From Phycisphaerales bacterium (GTDB taxonomy: Bacteria; Planctomycetota; Phycisphaerae; Phycisphaerales; UBA1924): a stretch of 64,000 nt of DNA. The stretch's first letter is position 1; every line of letters begins with the position of its first letter. Made by a program: the position numbers and the translations under genes. A model generated the notes under the pieces. That model searched no databases. It had not been told where the DNA came from and saw nothing but the letters and a program-made list of their open reading frames with translations. Of this stretch, positions 29,793 through 39,008 are shown in pieces. The DNA lies in NCBI GenBank assembly GCA_965227775.1, contig OZ245777.1, positions 160,001 to 224,000 on the forward strand, read 5' to 3'.

Positions 29793-29980
29793 GCGTGGTC
29801 CCCCTCGTATCGGGGGAGTATCGGATACCGAACGCGCGCATGGCGGGCTCCAGATCGGCTCGCGGGCCGCTCTCGCACGGATTCGTGTGGCAACGAGCCT
29901 GTTGCATCCGACCGCACTCGGAGTTGTGCGAAACAGTGCCACATCCGTCCAACGCCATCGAACGATAAAGGGTCGAGTTC

Positions 29981-31591
29981 TTGACAGACGATCGCCATCA
30001 ATCCGCGAAGGGTCGGCTCACCGGCGACGCGCGCATCCTGATCATCGGAGCCGGGCCGACGGGGCTGGGTGCCGCGTGGCGATTGCGCGAGCTGGGGCAC
30101 AAGAACTTCACCGTGCTCGAAGCACACCCGTACGCCGGCGGATTAGCGCACTCTTTCGTCGATGATGCCGGATTCACGTGGGACATCGGCGGCCACGTGA
30201 TGTTCAGCCACTACGACTACTACGACAAGGTGTTCGACGAGGTCATGGGCGATGAGTTCGCGCTGAACAACCGCGAGAGCTGGGTGCGCATGCGCGGCAC
30301 GTGGGTGCCGTACCCATTCCAGAACAACATCCGTTATCTGCCGCCCAAGGACGCCGCAGATTGCCTGATCGGGCTCATCAAGGCCCAAGCGGCCGACGCG
30401 CCGAGCTTCCGCGATGCCGCGAACTTTGGCGAGTTCATCGACCGTGTGTTCGGCGAAGGAATCGCGCGCCTGTTCATGCGACCGTACAACTTCAAGGTCT
30501 GGGCCCACCCGCCCGAGATGATGAACAAGCACTGGATCGGCGAGCGCGTCGCGGTGATCGACGTCGAACGCGCGGTGCGGAACGTCGTCGAAAGCAAGGA
30601 CGACTTCGGATGGGGCCCCAACAACCAGTTCAAGTTCCCACTGCGGGGCGGCACGGGTGAGTTCTACCACCGCATCGCCGAGCGACTGAAGGACAAGCTG
30701 CGATTGTCGACCACGGTCGAGCGCATCGACGCCGCGCGCAAGATTGCGGTGGTGCGCACGTCCGATGGCTCCACGGAAGAACTGCCTTACGACGCGATCA
30801 TCTCGGCCATGCCGCTCGACGTGCTGTGCACGCAGATCGTGAGCGACGCACCCGATGCCGTGCGCGACGCCGCCGGTGGGCTCCTGCACTCGGCAGGGCA
30901 CATGGTGGGCGTCGGCCTGGAGCGCCCGTGCCCGAGCACCAAGAGCTGGATGTACTTCCCCGAGGACAACTGCCCGTTCTACCGCGTGACGTACCTGAGC
31001 AACTACTCGCCCTACATGACGCCCAACCAGACGGGCGCGAACGACACGCACTACTCGCTGCTCTGCGAGACCAGCGCCAGCGGGCACAAGCCCGTCGACC
31101 CAGCCGCCGTCGTCGAAGAGACCATCACCGGACTCGAGAACGCCGGTCTGCTCGAGCCCGGTGAGCGGGCCGACATCGTGAGCACCTGGCACCACGCCGT
31201 GGAGTACAGCTACCCAACGCCCTCCGTCGATCGGGACGAGCGGCTATCGGCGGCCATTCCGTGGCTCGAAGCCCACGGCATCTACAGCCGGGGCCGCTTC
31301 GGCATGTGGAAGTACGAGGTGGCCAACACCGACCACACCCTGATGCAAGGGGTCGAGGTCGTGGACCGCCTGATGCTCGGTGAGCCCGAGCACACGATCG
31401 GCATCGTGTACAAGGTCACCGAGGACGGCCGCGAAGCGGCGGGCCACGACCGACCGAAGGTCGCCGGCTCGGGCGAGAAAAGGCTCGTTGGATCCGGGAG
31501 TTCCTCAACTGCGAATGACTCGTCGCAAGATGTGGCTGAAGCGGAACTTGGAGCTTCGCTGAGCACCAGTCGACAGTCAAACGGCTCGTGA
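29981..31591 (+). CDS. FAD-dependent enzyme, eukaryote-type UDP-galactopyranose mutase family
   Basis: IIGAGPTGLGAA, GFTWDIGGHVMFSHY, WVPYPFQNN, FMRPYNFKVW, WGPN, YFPEDNCPFYR, YPTP, GRFGMWKYEV; TTG start uncertain. Confidence 0.82.
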   Translation: MTDDRHQSAKGRLTGDARILIIGAGPTGLGAAWRLRELGHKNFTVLEAHPYAGGLAHSFVDDAGFTWDIGGHVMFSHYDYYDKVFDEVMGDEFALNNRESWVRMRGTWVPYPFQNNIRYLPPKDAADCLIGLIKAQAADAPSFRDAANFGEFIDRVFGEGIARLFMRPYNFKVWAHPPEMMNKHWIGERVAVIDVERAVRNVVESKDDFGWGPNNQFKFPLRGGTGEFYHRIAERLKDKLRLSTTVERIDAARKIAVVRTSDGSTEELPYDAIISAMPLDVLCTQIVSDAPDAVRDAAGGLLHSAGHMVGVGLERPCPSTKSWMYFPEDNCPFYRVTYLSNYSPYMTPNQTGANDTHYSLLCETSASGHKPVDPAAVVEETITGLENAGLLEPGERADIVSTWHHAVEYSYPTPSVDRDERLSAAIPWLEAHGIYSRGRFGMWKYEVANTDHTLMQGVEVVDRLMLGEPEHTIGIVYKVTEDGREAAGHDRPKVAGSGEKRLVGSGSSSTANDSSQDVAEAELGASLSTSRQSNGS

Positions 31592-31663
31592 ATCGGGGCT
31601 AACCCGAACAATAACCACGAGCGGACCTATCGCAAGCCTGCGAACGGCTTCGGAATCTGTCGC

Positions 31664-32470
31664 TTGCACCGGCTATTCCGGCGATTGCTGGCCGACTTGC
31701 AATCCCGGCGCACAATTACAGCACAAGAGGAACACGGCTCCCTCGTGGTGGCCGGAACAGGGGTACGGCAGTCCGCCCTGCATGTTGTGTTGTTGTCGGT
31801 CACGGACGGAAGGCTCCGGGGTATGGGCGTTCTCACCAGCCAATCGAATAACCCCCTGCTAGGGGGGCGGTGGCAGGCCGATGTGCTGGCCATGGCCGAC
31901 GAGTCCCATCTCGTCGCGTGGTCGCCCTCGCCCAGGCGCCAGCTGGACTTTCTTGCCTCGCTGGGCCAGTTCCTGCAGGCCCAGCGGTACACCGAGGTCT
32001 TCCGGTTCCAGGGCCGGCACATCCACGACCTCGAGTCGTTCTGCGCCCAGCTTGAGCGGAGCGTGCCCGGGCCGTCACTGGCCCGACGTGTGCACGGCCC
32101 GCGCGGCGTCGTGTCGATGCTCCGCGGGCGCGACCCCGCCCACTGCGGGCCGGCCAGCCGATACCGCTTCCTCCTCTGGGACGATGCGCACGTGTTGCTC
32201 GAGAGCGACCGCCAGCTCTTCGGCGAGCTCGTCGATGCCATCGTGGGCGTTTCGGCCGAGTCGGAGTACGTCGGCGACGACCTGCTGCTGATCCAGCGGG
32301 CAATGTTCGCGGGCAACGCCGCGTTGAAGACCTACGCCGATGACCCGCGCGGCCAGTTCAACATCTGGCTCCCCGACGGCTTCGACGAGCCCTTCTGGGA
32401 AGTGGTCACAGGCATCGAAGCGCCGTCGATCACGACGCTCTCGATCGATCGCCTGATCGACCCGAGGTAA
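31664..32470 (+). CDS. Hypothetical protein with barstar-like C-terminal region
   Basis: GC3-biased ORF; FQGRHIHDLESFCAQL...LLWDDAHVLL resembles the barstar fold pattern; start uncertain. Confidence 0.55.
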   Translation: MHRLFRRLLADLQSRRTITAQEEHGSLVVAGTGVRQSALHVVLLSVTDGRLRGMGVLTSQSNNPLLGGRWQADVLAMADESHLVAWSPSPRRQLDFLASLGQFLQAQRYTEVFRFQGRHIHDLESFCAQLERSVPGPSLARRVHGPRGVVSMLRGRDPAHCGPASRYRFLLWDDAHVLLESDRQLFGELVDAIVGVSAESEYVGDDLLLIQRAMFAGNAALKTYADDPRGQFNIWLPDGFDEPFWEVVTGIEAPSITTLSIDRLIDPR

Positions 32471-32491
32471 CGCGAAGCTCGATCGCTCGAA

Positions 32492-33355
32492 TCAGCTGCA
32501 CCCGGCCATGAACGCAGCCTGGAAGCAGGCGAAATCGTCCATCGAGACGGTGCCATCGCTGTCGCAGTCCGCGGCATCGTCGCCGGACGCGAACGCGTTC
32601 TGGAAGCACAAGAAGTCGAAGATGGTCAGTTCGCCATCGCCATCACAATCAGCTGCGCACGAAAAGCTCCCGTAAACCTCGTACGGAAGCGAGACCTGCA
32701 CGCCGCCCTCGGTCTTGCTCCGTGCTGGTCGCCACGCACCCAGCACGCGCTGACGGGCCTCACCCGTGACGGGCCGCGCATCGTCTCCCAGGTACGGGCT
32801 GTACGGACCACCATCGAGGCTGCCGGCCAGGGTCCACACGAGCCAGTAGTCGCCGGCCTCGACGGACCAATCGAGATCCCCTGCCGTGAGCGCAAACACC
32901 GGGCGATCGATCGTGAAGGTCACTCCGGTCATCGCGACGTAGGCGTTGGCGGACTCGACGGTCGTCAGCATATTGGCGTCGATGTCGCCTTCTACTCGCA
33001 TGCTGCCGGCATCGCCCGGACGACCCGACCACAACTCCAGCCCGAGCGAGTCGATGGTCGGACCATCGATGGCGCCCTGCTGGTACGCGTAGACCACGAC
33101 CGACTCGATCGTCGCGTCGGCGTCCAGCGTGATCGGTTCTGCAAGGCGGTACGCCAGCGGCGCGTGAGCACTCACGCCCGCGGAGGCGCCCTCGGGGACG
33201 GCCCAGATCAGGTCGGCTCCGGTGTCGTGGGCTCCGGGCATGGCCGAGAGCGGGCCGTTGCTCGCCAGGCGCTCCTGGCCGAAAGCAGCGGCACACCCGA
33301 ACGAAGCAAGAACGATACCGATCTGCATCGCGGCGTTGGTCGTGGTCTGGGCCAT
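32492..33355 (-). CDS. Secreted protein with GC-type dockerin
   Basis: GGAGGAG RBS; signal peptide ending AAFG-Q; CAADCDGDGELTIFDFLCFQNAF...ADCDSDG...FMAGC. Confidence 0.88.
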   Translation of the reverse strand: MAQTTTNAAMQIGIVLASFGCAAAFGQERLASNGPLSAMPGAHDTGADLIWAVPEGASAGVSAHAPLAYRLAEPITLDADATIESVVVYAYQQGAIDGPTIDSLGLELWSGRPGDAGSMRVEGDIDANMLTTVESANAYVAMTGVTFTIDRPVFALTAGDLDWSVEAGDYWLVWTLAGSLDGGPYSPYLGDDARPVTGEARQRVLGAWRPARSKTEGGVQVSLPYEVYGSFSCAADCDGDGELTIFDFLCFQNAFASGDDAADCDSDGTVSMDDFACFQAAFMAGCS

Positions 33356-33642
33356 GAGTCTCCTCCGGATGCAGATTACGCACCGCCCCGGTTCATCGCT
33401 ACACCGCGAAGCCCCTCCCGGCCAGCAGCAGGCATCTCTCGTGGCTGACATCCGCGATGGGCGGGGCGCAAGATCCGCGTGTCCGGAAAATCTCGTGAAG
33501 TCTGCAGAACCGCGATAAACCACCCACCCGGTCCGAGCCGATGCGATAAGCGGAGCGAGAGCCATGGTGGCGAGGGACGTCCCGAGTGGCCAGGTGGTGG
33601 GCCGCGGGCGAATCGGTTTCATCCACACGGTGGTGACTGACA

Positions 33643-33993
33643 ATGGATGCAGCGCAGCAGATCGAACTCAAGCGGCTGAGCACCAGGACGAAGGCCGACG
33701 CGATGCCCGACCCCGGGCCCTACGCGTTCGACCGGCGTCGCACGGTGCGCACCGCGGCCAACGGACAGCGCCTGGGCGTGGTGTTTGGGGTCGAGGGCGG
33801 CCGATGGCTCCTGCCGCTGGAACTTCGCGACACGAGCGCGAGCGGCGTGGGCCTGGTATGCGGCCAGCAGCTCGAGCCAGGCGATCGCGTGACCCTGTAC
33901 GACGAGGGGCGCCGGGCCACGTTCGTGAAGGGCCTGGTGACGCGGTGCCAGTCTCGCGAGGACGGCCGGTTCGACCTCGGCCTGAGCTTCTAG
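33643..33993 (+). CDS. Stand-alone PilZ domain protein
   Basis: RRRTVR (RxxxR) and DTSASG (DxSxxG) c-di-GMP-binding motifs. Confidence 0.8.
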   Translation: MDAAQQIELKRLSTRTKADAMPDPGPYAFDRRRTVRTAANGQRLGVVFGVEGGRWLLPLELRDTSASGVGLVCGQQLEPGDRVTLYDEGRRATFVKGLVTRCQSREDGRFDLGLSF

Positions 33994-34021
33994 CAGCCAG
34001 GAAAAGCAAACACCCTGAAGC

Positions 34022-34606
34022 TCAGTCGATCGTGCGGCCCAAGCTGGCCCACGTGTTCCTGTAACGTCGCGCCATGTCGTCGAGCGCCTGGGGAACGACG
34101 CGTACCTGGGCGACGGTGGTGATGAAGTTCGTGTCGCCGCCCCATCGCGGAACGACGTGCACGTGCAGGTGGCTCGGCACGCCCGCCCCAGCGGCCCTTC
34201 CCTGGTTGACGCCCATGTTGAGCCCCTGGCACTCCAGCGTGCGCTCGGCGAGATCGCAAGCGAGCTCGGTGAGCATCCACAGGTGCGCACGGTCTTCGGG
34301 CTCGTAGTCGAGCAGCCTCGGTCGAGGATCGCCCAGCGCAATGAGCAGGTGCCCATTGGCATACGGAAACGCGTTGAGCAGGATCATGCCGCGCTTTGTA
34401 CGCGCGATGACGTGATTGGCCTCATCGCGCTCGGGGTTGTTCCAGTAGGCCGAAAGGAACGTGCCGCCCGAGCCGTCGCCCGCCTGCGCGTCGGCATCGC
34501 CCAGCGACTCGAGGTACTGCAGCCGCCACGGCGCGTGGATGCCATCGGGGCCGGCGGGGCGATTATCGGGGCCACGGCCCGGCACGGCGCGGTCATCGGT
34601 GGGCAT
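34022..34606 (-). CDS. HIT family hydrolase (FHIT/Ap4A phosphorylase-like)
   Basis: APWR, LNAFPYANGHLL, NQGRAAGAG and HLHVHVVPRW. Confidence 0.92.
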   Translation of the reverse strand: MPTDDRAVPGRGPDNRPAGPDGIHAPWRLQYLESLGDADAQAGDGSGGTFLSAYWNNPERDEANHVIARTKRGMILLNAFPYANGHLLIALGDPRPRLLDYEPEDRAHLWMLTELACDLAERTLECQGLNMGVNQGRAAGAGVPSHLHVHVVPRWGGDTNFITTVAQVRVVPQALDDMARRYRNTWASLGRTID

Positions 34607-34678
34607 GGGCGACTGTAGCGGCTGCGGGCGTCCCTCTATCCGGCCGATATCCAGGTAAGGGCTTCGGAGGCACACGGC

Positions 34679-35116
34679 ATGAAGATCTCGGACATCATGA
34701 CCCGGCAGCTGGTGACGGCGGACATGGACGACGACCTGGAGCACCTGCGCGAGCTGTTCACGCGCTATCGCTTCCGGCACTTGCCGATCATTGGCGACGA
34801 CGGCAAGCTCGCGGGGATTGTGTCGGATCGCGACGTGCTGGCTGCGGTCAGTCCGTTCGCGGGCACCATCAACGAGCGAACAGCCGACGCGAACAGCCTG
34901 AGGCGGCGTGCCCACCAGATCATGACCCGCAGCCCGAGCACGATCTCGCCCGATGAGACGGCCGAGAACGCAACACTCATGCTGCTGCACCGGCGGATAT
35001 CGGCCCTGCCTGTGGTGGACGATCGGGACCACCTCGTAGGCGTGGTGACCATGCGGGACCTCATGCGGTGGCTCCTGAATCACGCGGCGATCGATCCGCG
35101 GCAGGGTGCGGCCTAG
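34679..35116 (+). CDS. CBS domain pair protein
   Basis: DIMT...RHLPII...GIVSDRD and QIMT...ISALPVV...GVVTMRD; GGAGG RBS. Confidence 0.92.
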   Translation: MKISDIMTRQLVTADMDDDLEHLRELFTRYRFRHLPIIGDDGKLAGIVSDRDVLAAVSPFAGTINERTADANSLRRRAHQIMTRSPSTISPDETAENATLMLLHRRISALPVVDDRDHLVGVVTMRDLMRWLLNHAAIDPRQGAA

Positions 35117-35216
35117 GGCTTATCCTGACAATCTGGCGGCCCGGATGGGTGCCCGTCGCTGGCAGCGGGGATATACTCTCCGTTCCACGCACCAGACGAA
35201 TCTTCGGAGCCGGGCC

Positions 35217-35453
35217 ATGAAGCAGGACACCCACCCCAAGTACTACCCCAACTGCAAGGTCTACCACAACGGCGAGGTCGTCATGACCGTCGGCGCCACG
35301 GTGCCCGAGATGCACGTAGAAGTCTGGTCGGGCTCGCACCCGTTCTTCACGGGCAAGCAGGCATTCGTCGACGCGGCCGGCCGCGTGGAGAAGTTCCAGC
35401 GGAAGTTTGGCGGCAACTACTTCGCCGGCAAGGACAAGAAGAAGGCCAAATAG
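35217..35453 (+). CDS. rpmE: 50S ribosomal protein L31
   Basis: MKQDTHPKY...SHPFFTGKQAFVDAAGRVEKFQRKF. Confidence 0.95.
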   Translation: MKQDTHPKYYPNCKVYHNGEVVMTVGATVPEMHVEVWSGSHPFFTGKQAFVDAAGRVEKFQRKFGGNYFAGKDKKKAK

Positions 35454-35487
35454 GCCCGACACTCGCCCGCATTCTGAAGCAGATTCG

Positions 35488-35517
35488 ACCGCACGGAACG
35501 CCGTGCGGTTTTCTTTT
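35488..35517 (+). terminator. Rho-independent terminator after rpmE
   Basis: ACCGCACGG-AACG-CCGTGCGGT followed by TTTCTTTT. Confidence 0.8.
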
Positions 35518-35645
35518 CGCGATTATGGGGCCCAGCAACTTGCCCAACCGGCATGACTGTCTTGCGTTTCGGCACGACCGGACCGGGATCGCTTCAGTCC
35601 GGCAGCGCTCAGCAAAAACAGTCGATAGACGGTACAGGAAGTCCC

Positions 35646-36365
35646 ATGTTCTCGGCAACGGAAGCCAGCCAAACCGCCAGCCCATTCGCCGCCCAAACGG
35701 CGCGTGCTGCCGCTCCCGGCCAGAAGACCGAGCGCTCCAAGACCGGCGAGCAGCTCAGCGATGCCGAGAAGCGCAAGCTGGATGAGCTCCGCGAGACCGA
35801 CGCCCGCGTGCGTCGGCACGAGGAGGCTCATCGCGCGGCGGCGGGCGCGCTCTATCGAGGCGGGCCCAACTACACGTTCGAGACCGGTCCCGACGGCAAG
35901 CGCTATGCGGTCGCCGGCTCGGTCCAGATCGATACCTCCCCCGGCCGGACGCCAGAGGAGACCGTGCAAAAGGCGGCCCAGATCCGTCGAGCGGCGTTGG
36001 CGCCGATGGATCCATCGGGCACCGACCGCGCGGTTGCTTCGAAGGCCACACGCATGGAAGATGCAGCGCGGCGGGCCATCGCCAAGCAGAGCCTCTCGGG
36101 CAGGCAGGCGGCCGAGGTCACGACGAGCGAACCCCCGCCTCCCCCCATCGCCGCGAGCGCGAGTGATGAGCGGGCGCAGCCGCAGGCCGAAGCATCCGCG
36201 TCCGAGCGGATTGAGCCCGCCGCTGTTGAGACACTCTCCCCGGGTGACTTGGGCAGCGAGGTCTGGTCGACCGTGAGCGCACTGAGCGACTCGACGCAGT
36301 TGAAGCAGGAACGCCGGGCAGATGAGATGCCCACGCCCGCGCCGCACATCGACGTAATGGCGTAG
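35646..36365 (+). CDS. SprA-related family protein
   Basis: DARVRRHEEAH, GPDGKRYAVAGSVQIDTS and IRRAALAPMDPSGTDRAVA; ATG 35646 has AGGA RBS (alternative start 35553). Confidence 0.85.
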   Translation: MFSATEASQTASPFAAQTARAAAPGQKTERSKTGEQLSDAEKRKLDELRETDARVRRHEEAHRAAAGALYRGGPNYTFETGPDGKRYAVAGSVQIDTSPGRTPEETVQKAAQIRRAALAPMDPSGTDRAVASKATRMEDAARRAIAKQSLSGRQAAEVTTSEPPPPPIAASASDERAQPQAEASASERIEPAAVETLSPGDLGSEVWSTVSALSDSTQLKQERRADEMPTPAPHIDVMA

Positions 36366-36373
36366 CTGGCGAA

Positions 36374-37321
36374 TCAGGCCGGCCTGCTCGCCTGGCTCCT
36401 GAGAATCACGATCAATGCCGGTGCCGCGAGGATCGCAACGATCACACCCGTCGGCAGTCGGCCTGTCTCCATCGGTAGCAGCCGGGCGACGCCGTCGCTC
36501 GCGAGCATGAGCACCGCACCAACCATCGCCGCGCCAACGACGAGCGACGCGTGCCTTGGTCCCATCAGCATGCGCACGAGGTGCGGGCAGACCAGGCCGA
36601 GGAATGCGATTGGTCCGGAGAGCACGACGGCGATGGCGGTGAGCACGCCGGCGATCAGCACCATCTCGACTCGCAGCCGCCGGAGTGGCACGCCCGTCGT
36701 CAACGCCTCGTCCTCGCCCATGGCCGCCGCATCGAGCGCCCGGCCGCGCAAGGCGATCCACGCAACGCCCGCGAGCGCGACGCCGCCGGCCAGCACCATC
36801 TGACCGGTCGTGAGCGACTCGGTGAGCGATCCGAAGTACCAACCACCCTCGAGCCTCGCGCTGGGCGGCATGAGCGCGCGCACGGCGCTGGCGAGCGACC
36901 CCAGCCCGATGGCGAGCGCTACGCCGACGAGGATGAGCGTGACAGGTTCGACCTGGCCACGCCGTCGGCCCAGCATCAGCACGAGACCCAAGGCGCCAAT
37001 CGAGCCAACGAGCGCGGCAAGATCGTCGCGAACAGCCCAGCCCAGGGCATGCACCAGTGTGACAGCCAGCACAGCGCCGGCCGACATGCCCAGCAGGTCG
37101 GGCGACGCCAGCGGATTTCGGAGCATGGCTTGCAGCGCGACGCCCGCCGCACCCAGGGACACCCCGACGATGGTGGCGGCGATTGCGCGATCGAGGCGAA
37201 TGCCCCAGACCACGGCCGAATCTGGCATCGCGAGCCCGCCGCCAGGGTCGATCAGCAGCCGAACACCAACGGCGGCAACGAGCAACCCAGCGAGCAGGAT
37301 GAGCGCGACCCGTGCGGGCAT
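36374..37321 (-). CDS. FecCD/BtuC family iron or cobalamin ABC transporter permease
   Basis: IRLDR, QAMLRNPLASPDLLG, MGEDEALTTGV, GPIAFLGLVCPH and LPTGVI. Confidence 0.92.
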   Translation of the reverse strand: MPARVALILLAGLLVAAVGVRLLIDPGGGLAMPDSAVVWGIRLDRAIAATIVGVSLGAAGVALQAMLRNPLASPDLLGMSAGAVLAVTLVHALGWAVRDDLAALVGSIGALGLVLMLGRRRGQVEPVTLILVGVALAIGLGSLASAVRALMPPSARLEGGWYFGSLTESLTTGQMVLAGGVALAGVAWIALRGRALDAAAMGEDEALTTGVPLRRLRVEMVLIAGVLTAIAVVLSGPIAFLGLVCPHLVRMLMGPRHASLVVGAAMVGAVLMLASDGVARLLPMETGRLPTGVIVAILAAPALIVILRSQASRPA

Positions 37322-37412
37322 GGGCCAGCGTATGGCGCTACCATGGCGGCCCCGGCCTCTTCGGGCCGGCCTCGACCACCCAACGACCCTTCTGCGACGG
37401 AGCCGGGCACGC

Positions 37413-37835
37413 ATGAGCACCCTAACCTGCAAGCTGATCACCCCCGATGGCGTGCTCTCGGATGGACCGGTGCAGTACGCCTCGGTGCCTGCCCACGACG
37501 GCCAATTCGGCGTGCTGCCGGGCCGGGCCCCCGTGGTCGCCAAGCTGGGCCTGGGGCTGCTGACGCTCAAGACCAGCGACCGACAGGAGCAGGTCTACCT
37601 GGTCGAAGACGGCTTCGTGCAGGTCTCGGGCGACACCATCCGCGTGCTTGCGAGTAGCGCGAAGGCGCCGGCCGATCTCGACGAGCAGGACGCCAAGGCC
37701 GAACTGGCCGAGGCCGAGGCCCGCCGCGTGCCGAAGGACCACCCCGATCCGGTGGCCGAGCAGGAGCGCATCACGCGGCAGATGGAGCGTGCGAAGCTGC
37801 AGCTCAGGCTGATCCGCGAGCGCGATCGACGATAA
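37413..37835 (+). CDS. atpC: ATP synthase F1 epsilon subunit
   Basis: LITPDG, PAHDGQFGVLPGRAP, GFVQV and a helical C-terminal hairpin. Confidence 0.9.
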   Translation: MSTLTCKLITPDGVLSDGPVQYASVPAHDGQFGVLPGRAPVVAKLGLGLLTLKTSDRQEQVYLVEDGFVQVSGDTIRVLASSAKAPADLDEQDAKAELAEAEARRVPKDHPDPVAEQERITRQMERAKLQLRLIRERDRR

Positions 37836-37855
37836 GTCGAAACGAACTTCGTGCC

Positions 37856-37883
37856 AGAAACCGCGTGAGGACGCGGTTTTTCT
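37856..37883. terminator. Bidirectional terminator between convergent atpC and agmatinase
   Basis: AAACCGCGT-GAGG-ACGCGGTTT with flanking A and T runs. Confidence 0.75.
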
Positions 37884-38880
37884 ATGCGCCCAGCGCGCAC
37901 ATCTTGTAGAGCACTCGAGTCCCCACCACCGCGTCGATCGATCGAACGCTCGGATCGGGATCGGGCGCGACCTCGACAAGATCGAAGCCGACGACGGTCT
38001 TGCCGCTATCGACAATGGCCTTGATGACCGCAGCGGCCTGCGAGAAACTCAGGCCGCCGGGCACGGGCGTGCCCGTGTTGGGGCACAAGAAGACCTCGAG
38101 CACGTCGATGTCGAAGGTGACGTAGAGCCTGTCGGGCAGCGCCCCAAGCGCTCGATCAACGAGCGACCGGAACGCAGCCGGATCGCCGCCAGCATCGGCC
38201 ACGTCTTCGCCAAAGATGGTGGTGACGGGCTTGCCGAGATCCGTCTTCGCCGCATGGGCGAATTCGAGTTCTTCCTTGCAGTAGTCTCGGATCCCGATCT
38301 GGGCGAGCGCCTTGACACCAGGCGACATGATGAGCGCGTTGCGCATGATCGAGGCATGGCTGTGCGTGAGCCCGCAGTAGGCATCACGCAGGTCCATGTG
38401 GGCGTCCAGTTGCAGGATGCCGATCTCGCCCGCGTGCTCGGCGCAGGCCTCGATGGCGCCCAGGGGCACGCCATGCTCGCCACCAACCAGCCCAGGAGTC
38501 TTGCCTTCGCTCAGGATCTGCGCGACGTGCTCGTGCGTGTACCTGCGGATGCGCTCGCACGCGGCGTTCACCCGTTCGCGGGCTGACTCATCCACCGGCG
38601 GTTCGCCCTCGACCTCGATCAGCATCTCGGCATCGGGTCGGACCGCGGCCGAGAGTTCGGCGATCCACGGCTCGATGGGCTCCATGACGATGCCCCGGTC
38701 GGCGATTCGGCCGAGGCGCGTGTCTTCCAGGTCGACCTGAGCCGATGCCTCCAGCACCGCCAAAGGCCCCCGGGCCGTGCCGGGTCGATAGCTGGTGGTC
38801 GCGTCGAAGGGCACGCCAACGAGCACGACGCCCGCGTCGGATCGTGCGACCGGGAGGCGGAGGAAGTCGGGCTGGGTCAT
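37882..38880 (-). CDS. speB: Agmatinase (ureohydrolase family)
   Basis: GVPFDATTSYRPG, GGEH, DAHMDLR, SHAS, TFDID, TGTPVPGG and DLVEV. Confidence 0.88.
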   Translation of the reverse strand: MTQPDFLRLPVARSDAGVVLVGVPFDATTSYRPGTARGPLAVLEASAQVDLEDTRLGRIADRGIVMEPIEPWIAELSAAVRPDAEMLIEVEGEPPVDESARERVNAACERIRRYTHEHVAQILSEGKTPGLVGGEHGVPLGAIEACAEHAGEIGILQLDAHMDLRDAYCGLTHSHASIMRNALIMSPGVKALAQIGIRDYCKEELEFAHAAKTDLGKPVTTIFGEDVADAGGDPAAFRSLVDRALGALPDRLYVTFDIDVLEVFLCPNTGTPVPGGLSFSQAAAVIKAIVDSGKTVVGFDLVEVAPDPDPSVRSIDAVVGTRVLYKMCALGA

Positions 38881-39008
38881 GCGAGCGTGCTCCGGTGAGC
38901 CGATGGAAGGTCGGCGACCGCGCCACGGTAGGGCTTGCTTGGCCCACCCGGGGTGGGTAGGTTGCTTGCGATTCGAACCGGCTCGAACCCGATGCTCGTG
39001 GAGACGCC

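Noticed and set aside
33356..33642. Possible riboswitch (c-di-GMP) between the dockerin gene and the PilZ gene
   Set aside because: I could not find the GEMM consensus elements; an Rfam scan would be needed
38965..38995. TTCGAACC T-loop-like motif
   Set aside because: No cloverleaf or acceptor stem; it lies in the short divergent region between agmatinase and AbgT
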